DNA of 64,000 nucleotides from Octopus vulgaris (taxonomy: Eukaryota), in the NCBI GenBank assembly GCA_951406725.2, contig OX597833.1, forward strand, positions 64,356,001-64,420,000, written 5' to 3'. Shown here one piece after another: positions 45,295-59,583 of this stretch. The notes below the pieces were generated by a model. It was given only the letters and a program-made list of their open reading frames with translations, searched no databases and was not told where the DNA came from. The first letter of the stretch is position 1, and the number at the start of each line of letters is the position of its first letter. The translations under genes were made by a program, and so were the position numbers.

Positions 45295-46458
45295 TATTTC
45301 TTTACTACCCACAAGGGGCTAAACACAGACAGGAAAAACAAAGACAGACGAACGGATTGAGTCGATTATATTGACCCCAATGCGTAACTGGTACTTATTT
45401 AATCGACCCCGAAAGGATGAAAGGCAAAGTCGACCTCGGTGCAATTTGAACTCAGAATGTAGCGGCAGACGAAATACCTATTTCTTTACTACCCACAAGG
45501 GGCTAATCACAGAGGAGACAAACAAGGACAAACAAACGGATTAAGTCGATTACATCGACCCCAGTGCGTAACTGGTACTTATTTAATCGACCCCGAAAGG
45601 ATGAAAGGCAAAGTCGACTTCGATTGAATTTGAACTCAGAATGTAGCGGCAGACGAAATAACCTATTTCTTTACTACCCACAAGGGGCTAAACACAGACA
45701 GGAAAAACAAAGACAGACGAACGGATTGAGTCGATTATATTGACCCCAATGCGTAAATGGTACTTATTTAATCGACCCCGAAAGGATGAAAGGCAAAGTC
45801 GACCTCGATTGCAATTTGAACTCAGTATGTAGCGGCAGACGAAATACCTATTCCTATTTCTTTGCTACCCACAAGGGGCTCAACACAAAAAAGGACAGAC
45901 AAACGGATAAAGTCGATTACATCGACCCCAGTGCGTAACTGGTACTTATTTAATCGACCCCGAAAGGATGAAAGGCAAAGTCGACTTCGATTGAATTTGA
46001 ACTCAGAATGTAGCGGCAGACAAAATACCTACTTCTATTTCTTTACTACCCACAAGGGGCTAAACACAGAGGAGACAAACAAGGACAAACAAACGGATTA
46101 AGTCGATTACATCGACCCCAGTGCGTAACTGGTACTTATTTACTCGACCCCGAAAGGATGAAAGGCAAAGTCGACTTCGATTGAATTTGAACTCAGAATG
46201 TAGCGGCAGACGAAATACCTACTTCTATTTCTTTACTACCCACAAGGGGCTAAACACAGAGAGGACAAACAAAGACAGACAAACGGATTAAGTCGATTAC
46301 ATCGACCCCAGTGCGTAACTGGTACTTATTTACTCGACCCCGAAAGGATGAAAGGCAAAGTCGACCTCGGTGGAATTTGAACTCAGAACGTAGCGGCAGA
46401 CGAAATACGGCTACACATTTCGCCCGGTGTGCTAACGTTTCTGCCAGCTCGCCGCCTT
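45295..46458 (-). mobile_element. SINE family A tandem hexamer within a single 15-bp TSD
   Basis: Units start near 45295, 45477, 45662, 45847, 46028 and 46218; CAACCCGGTTTAACC at 45280-45294 and 46459-46473. Confidence 0.93.
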
Positions 46459-46912
46459 CAACCCGGTTTAACCGCAAGTCAAGAGCGAGGACACTTGAAA
46501 GCAGGCTAGTGGGTTAAAAACCTTTCGGCCTAATACGAACCAGTAAACTATCGGCAGCTTATCTGGACCTTGGCATTTTCTCTCAACCGATGTTAATTAC
46601 CCCACTCTTTTGACATTTATACATTCATACTCATATACATACACACTCACTCTGTTTCTCTTCCTTGTTCTTTGTGTTGATGGTTTCTCTTTCCAATTCA
46701 TGTATTTCCTGTCTCATCTGTTACCCTTGCAAACAAAGACAGTTTCAGTTTATATAGCTTTGAGTCTCCTTTCTGGCACTGTATAACACTGGAAAATTCC
46801 ATCCCATCTCACTCTCACACAAACTTTCTTTCTCTGTCTACCTGTCTCTCTTACTCTCTCTCCCTCCTTCTTTCTTTTTCGTTACCTGTATATAGACAAC
46901 CACAAACACATA

Positions 46913-46964
<52 letters not shown>

Positions 46965-47958
46965 TACACATATATGTGTGTGTTTGTGTGTGTATGCATA
47001 GATATATATGTATATATATAATATCATGTAATATGTAATATGTGCATATGTATTTATATGTCGGTACATACACACATATATATAATATATAATATATACA
47101 TATATAAAAAATATATATATTATATATATATATGGAGAGAGAGAGAGAGGGGGGAGAGGGAGAGCGAGAGGGAGAGAGAGAAGGAGAGGGAGAGAGAGAG
47201 GGAGGTGTATAGATATATATATGTCTATCGTTGCATATCCTGCTATCCTACTCTACGTGCGTAGGTCGATGTATAGATGTAGAGACGCTAGATGCTAACA
47301 TGTCAGCCATTAACAATTCAAATCACAACACCAACGGCGTAGTGTAGTGTCCAGTGACAATCATAAAACTCTGCTTTTATTCACCACACATACAGAGCAA
47401 ACTTTGTATGGAAAAACGCCTGTAATCAATATATTAAGAACAACTATAAAACTGGTGTCGATTTTATTGACCAAAACTGGAATAAAAGACAGCGTCAAGC
47501 ATGGCTTGGATTAAAGTAACTGTTGTGACACAGTAAACTAAACATTCGAATGAAACTAGGAATGATATACACGGCATGCCTTTGGTTATGTTGCAATGAT
47601 TATGGTGTCTGAAAGGCTACAGAAAATAAACTATATATTTTAATAATACTGTTTTGTTTTCGGTCGTGGGATTGTGGGCATTTTGTGGACACCAGTTTCA
47701 AATGACTCTAGTTGAATGTATCGACGCGAGTGAATTATTTTGATCTGATCCAGGCTGTTATTTAATTTATTCTTGTTTTACTATTACATGTGGAGTCGCG
47801 TCGCTTAATGTGTAGGGTTTTCAGCATCAAGGTCGTAAGATTGTGGTTTCGATTCCTGGACCAGGCAACGCTTTGTGTTCTTGGGCAAAACACTCATTTT
47901 CTCCATGCTGACTTCTTGATAAAATCGTTATTTTATTTTTGAATTAACAATCTTATCC

Positions 47959-48091
<133 letters not shown>

Positions 48092-48096
48092 CTTAA

Positions 48097-48487
48097 GAGT
48101 GGCTGTGTGGTAAGGAGCTTGCTTACGAACCACATGGTTCCGGGTTCAATCCCACTGTGTGGAACCATGGGCAAGTGTTTTCTGCTGTAGCCTCGGGCTG
48201 ACCAAAGCCTTGTGAGTGGATTTGGTGGACGGAAACTGAAAGAAGCCTGTCGTATATATGTATATATATATATATATGTTTGTGTGTTTGTCCCCGCCTC
48301 CAACATCACTTGACAACTGATGCTGGTGTGTTTACGACCCCGTAACTTAGCGGTTAGGCAAAAGTGACCGATAGAACAAGTACCTGGCTTAGAAAGAATA
48401 AGTCCTGGGGGTCGATTTCCTCGACTAAAGGCGGTGCTCCAGCATGGCCACAGTCAAATGACTTAAGCAAGTAAAAGAGTAAAAAGT
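48097..48487 (+). mobile_element. SINE family B
   Basis: Match to the other B copies. Confidence 0.88.
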
Positions 48488-48616
48488 ATATATGTGTGTA
48501 TGTGTATGTGTGTGTGTGTGTGTGTGTGTATACATGTATGCAACCGTCTTTTGTCTGTTGTTGCTGTTACGGCCATTCACCTCCAGGTTTTCGCAGTAGA
48601 TTGAAGAAACCTATGA

Positions 48617-48838
48617 AGGCGGCGAGCTGGTAGAAACGTTAGCACGCCGGGCGAAATGCTTAGCGGTATTTCGTCTGCCTCTACGTTCTGAGTTCAAATT
48701 CCGCCGAGGTTGACGTTGCCTTTCATCCTTTCGGGGTGGATTAAATAAGTACCGGTTACACACTGGGGTCGATATAATCGACTTAATCCGTTTGTTTGTC
48801 CTCTCTGTGTTTAGCCCCTTGTGGGTAGTAAAGAAATA
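48617..48838 (+). mobile_element. SINE family A monomer
   Basis: Full head to AAAGAAATA tail. Confidence 0.9.
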
Positions 48839-49068
48839 AATATGCTGATATTTTACAAAATAATTTTTTATGATTTAAGATGTGTGTAGGTTCAGATATC
48901 GCAAAAATGTTACCTTTTCTTTCGAGCAGGAGACCTCGGGGCAAACCAAGAATGAAATATTCGCACTCTATACATAGTTTCATTTATTCATACTTGGGAA
49001 TACAGCTGGAGAATCTAATGACGGTTGCTTTTAATAGGACCCTACATAGGAGGTCCCTCAGGACCGTA

Positions 49069-49845
49069 CCTATTTCTTTACTGCCCACAAGGGGCTAAAC
49101 ACAGAGGAGACAAACAAGGACAGACAGACGGATTAAGTCGATTACACCGATCTCAGTGCGTAACTGGTACTTATTTAATCGATACCGAAAGGATGAAAGA
49201 CAAAGTCGACCTCGGCGGAATTTGAACTCAGAACGTAGCGGCAGACGAAATACCTATTTCTTTACTACCCAGAAGGGGTTAAACACAGAGAGGACAAACA
49301 AGGACAGACAGACGGAATAAGTCGATTATATCGACTCCAGTGCGTAACTGGTACTTAATTTATCGATCCTCAAAGGATGAAAGGCAAAGTTGACCTCGGC
49401 GGAATTTGAACTCAGAACGTAACGGCAGGCGAAATACCTATTTCTTTACTATCCACAAGGGGCCAAACACAGAGATGACAAACAAGGACAGACAGAGGGA
49501 ATAAGTCGATTATATCGACTCCAGTGCGTAACTGGTACTTAATTTATCGATCCTCAAAGGATGAAAGGCAAAGTTGACCTCGGCGGAATTTGAACTCAGA
49601 ACGTAACGGCAGGCGAAATACCTATTTCTTTACTATCCACAAGGGGCCAAACACAGAGAGGACAAACAAGGACAGACAGAGGGATGAAGACGCTTATATC
49701 GACCCCAATGCGTAACTGGTACTTATTTAATCGACCCCGAAAGTATGAAAGGTAAAGTCGACCTCGGCGGAATTTGAACTCAGAACGTAACAGCAGACGA
49801 AATACAGCTACGCATTTCGCCCGCCGTGCTAACGTTTCTGCCAGC
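49069..49845 (-). mobile_element. SINE family A tandem tetramer
   Basis: Units start at 49069, 49253, 49437 and 49621 (184-bp period); one partly truncated head. Confidence 0.92.
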
Positions 49846-50522
49846 CATTACCTTCCCGGTAATAGTGGGCGAAGAAGATGGTTCGGTGTATCGATGAATG
49901 GAAGGTCTTTGAGAATTGCTTTTGCCACAACACGCATATGCTGCATCGTTGAGTGCAGCGTTGTTGATATTCTACATATCTATAAATCACTGAAATATAT
50001 ATACCAGTCATACACTGGAGAAAAAAATAATTACTTGGTTGAAAGAAGGTTATTTGGAAAGGCTGAGATAAAGTGACAATAACTAGCTCTCTTTTCTACG
50101 AATGTCTGACCTACAGCATCTACATAGAATCAGAGACCGCAACAACGCGAAGAATAAAGAATTATCTTAATGAGAGAACTTTTATACTCTTACAACGATA
50201 TTAATGTCGGCTATTATGAAGTGTGTTCTATCTCCAGAATAAATAGGAGTAGCGTTAATGTTATTGGATTTCGTGTATGTATAAGTGGTCGGTAAGCCTG
50301 TGATAGTTTCGAAGATAAATCACAATATCAAGCAATTTCTCCCAGCTTCTCTTAACTAGATTGTGCCCTTTTGATCTTTGGTAATTATCAGAATTTCAAA
50401 CATACTTTGGAAGTGTACAATTAATGAGATGTATAGAGTAGAAAGCCAGTAAAACATTCATTGCTATACACTATGTAATGTGGTTTTATACACTCACTGT
50501 TCGAAATAATGACCAACCAGCG

Positions 50523-50845
50523 ACGGGAGATTTTACCTGGTTGATAAAGCTTCTAGAAAGTGAAGTTAAGTCCTTTTTATATCGAGCGAAAGTGTGAAAG
50601 ATACATTAGATAATGCGGTTCTAAATGAGGAATGTCTAATTATGTAATGAGATCCATGATGTAAACTGCCTTTCGATACAAACGGAAGATTCTAACTGGT
50701 CGATAAAGTTTCTCGAAAGAGAAGTTAAGTCCTTTTCAAGTGAGACCGAATTGTGAAAGATGCATGAGATAATGGAGACGTAAATGAGGAAAGGTTAATT
50801 AGATAATGAGATCCATGACGAACACTGCCTTTCGATACAAATGGT
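50523..50845. repeat. Diverged 159-bp tandem duplication
   Basis: ACGG.AGATT.TA.CTGGT.GATAAAG at 50523 and 50682. Confidence 0.85.
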
Positions 50846-50969
50846 AGGAGTGCCATCATGGATGTTTTCTGTTGAGGTTAACTTGAGTCGAAACAACAGC
50901 GAAATAGCTACAAAAAGATTAGATATCAACAACCCACTTCCGTATACCTGCATATGTATAGGTGCATGA

Positions 50970-51112
<143 letters not shown>

Positions 51113-51163
51113 CTTTATTTAAAGCAGCAGAAAATTCAACAATTTCTGCTGCTTTAAATAAAG
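51113..51163. repeat. Perfect 21-bp hairpin in a (TA)n-embedded fragment (51113-~51235)
   Basis: CTTTATTTAAAGCAGCAGAAA, 9-nt loop, TTTCTGCTGCTTTAAATAAAG. Confidence 0.9.
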
Positions 51164-52122
51164 CATATTACTCTACCACTGGTATTTGAGTACTCTTTTT
51201 TCCACCTTGTTTCACATGTATGTGTTTACTCCGGTATATATATATATATATATATATATATGAATTAATACACATACGCATAGCGTATTTATATGTTGTG
51301 ATTCTGAATTGGGGAAACAGTTTTCAAAAAGATTTTAAACAGGGAGATACTTCACATCTGAAATTCGACTTCTTTTTTAAGACGACCATACTCTACACAC
51401 TTTACTATAAACAGCGAAAGGGGCCGAGAACGTTGTAACTCAATGTGCATGAGCGACAAAGGCCAAGGCCAATCTCTAATAAACAGCTTCATTATACGTA
51501 TTTTAGTTACCTTAATATTGCTACAGAACCCTATACTTTTCGATCAGACACCGTATAGCTTCTATTCCCGAACTTATTCCCTTCTAGACGCACCAATAAC
51601 CACTACTAAATAACCCCCGTGAGAATTCAGTTCCTTTATAGCTATTACATCACGTAGTTGTCATTTTGATAATAATCTTATTTAGCCCTACCCTCAATTT
51701 CTCCCGATTCACTAACCCTTTCACCAATCCCTTTTGTACTCTATAACATTAAGCTTCATTACGTAACAGCTTGTGTTTCTAAATTCCATCTTACATTCCG
51801 CGTACGCATTCTCCTCTTTCATCGCTTACCACGACTTTCTCCCCGCCGTTTCTCATGTAACACTGTATGCCATTTACTTAGAGGTTTATTTACATTTTTC
51901 CTCCATTTTCCTTCCATCTTTCTTTGAGTTTTTTTTTTCTATCTTCCTCAACATTTACCTCATTACTCTTCTCATTAGACATGGATGCGTGAACGAACAT
52001 ATACTTGTGCTTCCTTTGTGCGCGCACGTGAGTGCGTGTATGTGTCTGTGTTGTGTTGTGTTCGAGTGTGTGTGTGCGTCTGTACGTATACATATATATA
52101 AATATATGTATATACATAATCA

Positions 52123-52201
<79 letters not shown>

Positions 52202-52315
52202 TCATATATATATATATATATATATCCACACACACACACATCATCATATATATATATATATATACATAATCATCTCTCTCTCTCTCTATATATATATATC
52301 CATCCACAAACACAC

Positions 52316-52389
<74 letters not shown>

Positions 52390-52542
52390 GAATATACATA
52401 TGTATATATATATGCATGCATATCTATGTATATATATATGTATGTATATGTATATCTACATATGTGTATGTATGTATATATATATATATATATGTCTACA
52501 TATATACAATGTATTTTATCCTATACCTATGCTTATTTATGC

Positions 52543-52594
<52 letters not shown>

Positions 52595-53259
52595 TTGTGT
52601 GTGCAAGTGTCTATGCACACGGCTCGAGCCACACACACACATACACACGTATGTATATTAGTCATAATATAATATACCATCGCAACTCCACCAGCCTTTA
52701 TCGCTGACCATCCACTACTACATACTCCCAATATCATAATACACAGGTTTCTTCTTCGTTAAGGGAAATAGTGTATATTCGTTAATCGAAGCGATTAAAC
52801 CGCAAAAAGCAATTTTCTGCAAGGAGAAAATTGCACGTTTTGATGTTCCTAGCGTATTATTTTCTAGGGTGTTCAGGGCATAAGTTAATCGATGCAGTGA
52901 GGCCTTTCTTATACAAAAATCATAGCCATTGACCTTCAGAATCAATAATAGAGTATTAAAACTGCTTTCATTTAAATGTACTGCCAAGGTAGCGAAAATC
53001 GGGAAACCACTTCGATCTCCGAAAAAAAAAAACAATTTAGTAAATTGCTTTTCTGTTGAAGTTTCTAATGTATAACATATTAGGATGAAAATCTTGATTT
53101 GCTCAATAACAGCAGCGTCCTACAAGTGTGGGCAGTAGTCCTTCGTAGAGAACTTTTATTTCTTGGGTATCTAAAGTCTACTAATACGGTCTTGATCCAG
53201 TAAATTTTTCGGAGCGAAACATTTAATCACGCTCTCACTTTCGTAGCATATTGAATATT

Positions 53260-53755
53260 AGATTCAAATTTTCGCACAAGGCCTGCAAAATTCGGTTGGC
53301 AGGATGCAAGACGAGTACAGCAACCCTGGTGCTCAAGTGGTGCTTATTTTATCGACCCCGAAAGTTTGAAGTGCAAAGTCTACCTCGGCGGAATTTGAAC
53401 TCAGAAAGTGAAAACAGACGAAATGCCGCGAAGCATTTTATCCGGCATGATCAGAATTCTACTCAGAACGGGAAGACGAACGAAATACCATTAAATGTTT
53501 TGACCGGCTTGCTAACGATTCAGACAGGTCATCAACCTGAATATTTTCTATTCTAGGCAGAAGGCCGAAATTTTTTGGGGAAGGGGTTCAGTGGATTAGA
53601 TTGACCCCTGTATGCAACTGGTACTTAATTTATCGACCCCGAAAGGATGAAAGGCAAAGTCGACCTCGGCGGAATTTGAACACAGAACGTAACGGCAGAT
53701 GAAATACGGCTACGCATTTCTTCCGCCGTGCTAACGTTTCTGCCAGCTCGCCGCA
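53260..53755 (-). mobile_element. Two or three adjacent SINE A copies (tail type 2)
   Basis: Family A body at ~53320-53450 and 53545-53755. Confidence 0.78.
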
Positions 53756-54775
53756 TTGGCCACTCTGAATATTAATAATCTTAGTTTTCTGCTCTCTTGT
53801 ATATTTTCTTTTTTTTATATATTCCTATTCAGTCAATTTGTATTCTTGATATTCAACTTTCAGGTATAAGACAAACAACAACAAAACTGAACAAAACAAC
53901 AACCAGTAATAGCTCCACATTTTAAAGCAAAGCTAGTCATTTTAATGTGAGGCGGGGTTAGTCACTGCCATTCACTCCAGTACATAAGCAATACATTATT
54001 TAATCGACCCAGAGAAATTAATGCTAAAATTTGAGCTTAGCACACTATGAACCGAATGCAATACCGCTTGGCAGGGTCGATGAACTTCTAACGATTCTAC
54101 CATTTCCCTTTTGGCATTTTTCGTTATATCAGCCAATCAAACAGTTTTGAAAAGTAACGACAATGTTTATCGGAGTGGAATTTGTTTTTAGAATCAACTG
54201 GAAGTAACGGATGTGCTTTGAGCATGTTGTCGATGTTTTAGTTATTTAGATCCACGCTAAAGTCAATGCAGAATGATTACTATTCAAAGCAATACCAGTG
54301 TGACCATCCAATATATCCATGCAATTAATTGCAAGCTTCAATAACCGACATGTTCTTCTTTATTTGTGATTTGAGAATATATTCCTACTATTTCCAGCAC
54401 GTCGAACGATAACGTACAATTTCATTCCCATTATAAGAAAATGCATTTTAATACGGAACATTATTTGCCTGAGGTCTCCGTCCGTCAAAGATAAACATAT
54501 ATCCCTCAGCGTGTACCTGGACGGCACTTCTTTAGGAAGCAGGTCTGCTTTGTAAGGATGATTAACAGTTGCCCATGCAGGGCCACTTCATGCCATGCTA
54601 CTTATATAACCGAAGTATAAAGGCAGGGAACAGGGACAAATTGCCAAGAGTGTCACCGCTGAGGAAACTCAGAGTGTAAAGAAGCGTATCAGAACTGCAA
54701 GAAACTTGGCCCAACGTTTTAAGAATCCCATCTGAACTCGTCCCCAACCCAAAATGAAAGACAAAGCTTATATCG

Positions 54776-55050
54776 CACTGGGGTCGATATAATCGACTTA
54801 ATCCGTTTGTCTGTCTTTGTTTGTCCTCTCTGTGTTTAGCCACTCGTAGGTAGTAAAGAAATAGGTATTTTGTCTGCCGTTATGTTCTGAGTTAAAATCC
54901 TTCCGCCGAGGTCAACTTTGCCTTTCATCCTTTCGGGGTCGATTATATAAGTACCAGTTACCCACTGGGGTCGATCTAATAGACTTAATCCCTTTGTGTG
55001 TCTTTGTTTGTTCCCTCTATGTTTAGCCTCTTGCGGGCAATAAAGAGATA
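54776..55050 (+). mobile_element. SINE family A head-less dimer
   Basis: Same AAAGAAATA-GGTATTT junction at ~54860. Confidence 0.85.
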
Positions 55051-55655
55051 AAACGGGATACTGACATTTTGTGCTACTGCAGAATATTTGGATCTAGATA
55101 GAAATTTCAAAAGGATTACTCTTACTCTGTGACATTTTCGCGAATCTATGACCCTGGAATAGGGCAAGATAAAAGACAAGTTTGATCTCGACAGTATTTG
55201 GAATTCCGGATATTAAAGAACGAAAACAGCAAATACCGCAAAGGGATTTGTCTAGCGCTCCATCGATTCTGTCAAACAACCGCTTTTAGTGGAGAATTAG
55301 AATCGAAGAATGGTATTTCCTTTACTTTTGTCAGTTATCGCAGCGTCGATTTTGCTTAGGAATTTGTAAATACGCTGGAGGAAATTTTGTAGCGAAACAT
55401 CATCTAATTACGGTAGTAACAAGAGACCATTTTGTTAAATATATTGGTAAAAGGAATGCCTGAAGACGAAAACAACATTCGATTGATTCCAGAAAAAAAA
55501 AACGTTTTTACAGAGTCGTTCAAATCTCATCTTGTGTGAAATGGAGTGAAAATATTTGATTCGTATTTTCGGTGTTTTAGGTTGGAAAGTGATGTGATAT
55601 CTGCTACGACTGCCTCGTTGTATGAATCAAAATCGGACGAAGGAAACGTGTAGAA

Positions 55656-55887
55656 CACCGAATCCCAACGTGGGTCATACGTCCCGCCAGTGGGGCCTAG
55701 GACAATTGTGGTGGGGCGTGGGATCCAAAAATTTTTTCCCTTTTTTCTATGTGACACATAGAATTATGAAAATCTTGTTTCTCAATAATCATACTACGCC
55801 TATACGTTTTTGTAACCACCAGCTGGACATACATTTTTCTGAAAAAAATATAGTGGTGCCTAGGGAAAAATAGGTTGGGAAACACTG
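55656..55887. mobile_element. hAT (Charlie-like) MITE
   Basis: Right TIR AGGTTGGGAAACACTG; decayed left TIR CACCGAATCCCAACG; flanks GTGTAGAA and GCGCAGAA (6/8 match). Confidence 0.6.
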
Positions 55888-57029
55888 GCGCAGAATCACA
55901 TCGAAAGAAAAGTTTTCCTTTTCCTGGGTGGTATTTTGATTCATTTAACATGAATCCCTTTCGCAGAATTAATTATGATTGGCCTTTTTGTCCCAGGCCG
56001 ACGCCATTGCAGAGACAATAACTTAACTTTTGCTGTAGCCGGCTAAACCAAAAGTAAGTAGTGTAACCACCTCAACAATCATAGATACGTCGCGAAGGAA
56101 AAGCATTTCAATAGGTTTGTAGCATCAAGGGAACCGCAGTAGAAGCTAGAAATGCGTTAAGTATAACCATACATATCTTTCTTAGGGTCTCTCCCTCCAG
56201 ATCTTCTTTAGGGGCTTAAGCCCTTAGCCTTTTCATAAATGCTCAATGATTTACCCCACAAGGTAACTGGGGTTTATTACTATAGTACCCATGTTTTGTA
56301 CAAAGTGAGTTCCACTATCTCCTCCTTTGATCTTGTATTGGTATGATGAAACGTGTGTCACGAGTCCAGTAGTTATCAGGATGCAGAATTTCTATGGAGT
56401 TATCTTCTCTTACATAAATAGTTTAAAAAGCTCGAAACGCTCATCTGCGCTGGATCCATTGGGGTACCTGTGAGTTGCCTTCGACGGGAAGCAATTTCGA
56501 GTTATTCTAAATTAACACATAGCTGAGACCCTGTCAGGTGCAACTATATCGAATCAGATTGGACCTTGGAACAATAGTAGGTTAAAGTTTTTCAAGACTC
56601 ATTGAAACGCTGGAATCCCTGAATCAAAGCCACGCCCGATTTAGCTTAAAGTCAATTCCAGTTTACTATATTTACATTATTATGGCCAAGGTCTTTGGTT
56701 TAATAAAACTGCTTCACCGATCTTCTACCTAAAAGAGTAGAAAATTCAATAGCATTTGCCACCTCTTCTAACACTCAAATATACATGATATGTTTCCGAT
56801 GTGATCATGGAATATTAACTGGATTTCTTCTGCATCACTTTGCGAGAGATAAAAGCTCACTACAATGAAACACCTTCATTCCATCTTCAGAAACGGAAGG
56901 GAACGTTTGACTAATGTAGCGAGAAATACAAAAGTGGAGATTGTCAGGATTGGATTAGCATTGGTTACAGTTAAAAAGATGTAATAGGTGAAACCAATGT
57001 GTTTCTAAGTCCTCACATGGCATTACTAG

Positions 57030-57345
57030 AATAAAAACACAGCCAATTGCCCCTCAAATTGCATTATATTATCTTTGAAAACGGGAGGATATGTTTGACA
57101 ACGGAATAATTCAAACCAGCAAGTAGGTGCTCAAACGACAGGGGGAAAGAGCAGCCAATTCCTCCTCAAATTATACCTTTGAAGTCTAGATTACGGAATA
57201 TATTTGGCAATGTGTTCCAATACATACAATTATTGTTGTACTAATTCAGAATGCACATCTAAAAGAAACAGCCAATTCTCCCTCAAATTCCACCATGCGA
57301 ATTTTGAAAAGGGAAGATATATTCAACAATAGATTCCAATATATA
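57030..57345. repeat. Three diverged ~115-bp tandem units
   Basis: CAGCCAATT..CCTCAAATT at ~57040, 57152 and 57269. Confidence 0.65.
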
Positions 57346-57868
57346 TATAGTTAATGCAGACCATCACTCCAGAATGGAAACCAAGTTGGTGTCTTTTGTT
57401 TTGGTAGCAAAATTATGATTTTCGCTCTAAGACCAAGTCTTACATTTGTAATTCTGTGGAAATATGAAAGAAATACCAAGCATTAATCCAAACTTTGCCA
57501 TTATAGAGCGTACATAGAGCATAGAAGACAGGAGAAACATCCACCGGAAAGCGAATGCATAAATATACAATGTAGATAGTATTTTGAATAGCAAGAGGTA
57601 ACTGACAGAAATTTAATAATACGGAAACACCGGGTGTTTGGCTTCTGTTTATATTAATGTTTAAATTATTAAAGCAGCCAGCTTTGTTTTTATCGTGGAT
57701 TTAAAGGTATGTTGTCAATTCTTTATTTGATATTATTAACGTGTTTCGTGCCAACCGCGATGAATGTTAACAGTTGACATTTTCGCATGCAGAGAAAATG
57801 GCGTTGCGTCACGTAGAACGATCAATCAATGAAGGCGTTATTTGTGAAGGCGGCGGTGGTGGTGGGAT

Positions 57869-58379
57869 TAGAGAGAGAGAGAGAGAGGGGTTGAGATAGG
57901 GAAGGGGAAGTGGGAGAGAGAGGATATGAGAGACAGTGAGAGAGGGACAGAGAGACAGAGAAGAAGTGTGTGTGAGTGGGAGAGAAGTGGAGGGGAGAGA
58001 CGGAAAGAGAAGGGGTGAGAAAAGAGGGCGGGTTGATGGGGAGAGATAGGGAGAAATGAGAGAGAAAGGGAGGGTGAGAGAGATACGGAGTGAGACTAGT
58101 GAGAGAGCGAGAGAGATAGGAGAGGATGCGAGACAGAGGTAGTGTGAGAGAAGGGAGAAAGAGGGAAAGACGTAGAAAGAAAGGCAGAAATGGGGGAGAG
58201 ACGGTGCGAAAGAGATGTAGTGTGGGAGAGAGAAGAAATAAGGGGAGAGATGGGGAGTGAAAGAGTGAAGGGAAGAGGAGAAAGAGGGGGGAAAGGCAGA
58301 GAGAGAAGAGGAGAGAAAAAGAGATAGAGAGATAGGGAGAGATAGAGAAAGAGAAAGACAGGGAGACAAAAAGTGAACG

Positions 58380-58420
<41 letters not shown>
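57869..58420. repeat. Purine-rich (GA)n low-complexity tract
   Basis: Direct reading. Confidence 0.92.
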
Positions 58421-58421
<1 letters not shown>

Positions 58422-59545
58422 TGTGGAGACCATTGACCGCTAGATCTCAATACTAACCACAGCCACACTACGTTTATCACTTTGTTCCTCCAACTGGAGA
58501 CCAGGATCGATCTCAGAGATGATACGTTGCAAAGTTCGGTTGTTGGGATATAGCTTCTCTAAGGTGAGAGCTTATACTCTCTTATTGTAGACATAGGAAT
58601 CCAGTTGGCTGAGGTCCTTTCATTTCGGGATGTGATCTTTCATTAAGTTCATGACCGATCACATGTCTCACATGTTGTTATGTTCAGCTGCCCGAGGTTC
58701 TTTCCGTAAATTTTAACAACCTTAAATGGATGGCGCGAATGCAAACGTCTGCTATACTTTCACTTTCGTTTTAACATTCATCTTTTGGATTTAGACCCAA
58801 GCTCCATAATTTAAGACAGTTCCTTTGCCTAACTAACTACGTTGATGCACGCCGATGTGTCTCATTCGAGAGTCATAAGAGGAAGCGTCACAAATTATCG
58901 GGTGTCAAGATATAAGTTACTCCTTACGTTATGATATACTCTAGGATAACGTATGATGCGTAGTCGCCTAACAACGAATTGTCTTTACATTAATGCACAT
59001 TAAAAATTGAATACAAAATTATGACAATTTCTTGGAAATTTAAGTCAGAATTCACGAAGGTAAACTCTAGTGAGCTAACACTAAATTGAATCGGAGACAT
59101 GACGTGAAACAAATCTCCCCGTTCTTTGATTGTGGAAAATTTTACATTATCAGATGCCTTCCGGGTTTGTTTATTATTCAATTCAAGCTGGTGTGTGTGG
59201 GTGTTTTCAGAAGTACCACAAATTAATATGCAAATTTGTAAAGATTCCAGACACGAAGTAAATAACAATACGTGTATATATGCAGCATAGTAAATGGTAA
59301 TATTATGCACATATATATTGAGAAAAAACTTTCTGAGGATGTTATAGAGTGATACAAGATTGTTGCATTGAATCAAAAAACATTCAGGGCTCCGGCTAGA
59401 GATAATGTATGTACATATATATATATATATCAACCTGTACATATATACATATATACATACATACATACATACATATATACATACATACATACATACATAA
59501 ATAAATAAATATACATACGCTCGTACATATATGTGTATGAATATG

Positions 59546-59579
<34 letters not shown>

Positions 59580-59583
<4 letters not shown>

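Noticed and set aside
50523-50845. 159-bp (53-codon) duplication as a protein repeat exon
   Set aside because: Stops occur in all six frames within the units I translated.
58430-58570. Possible exon ending AAG|GTGAGA
   Set aside because: Only a donor-like hexamer; no ORF or homology support.
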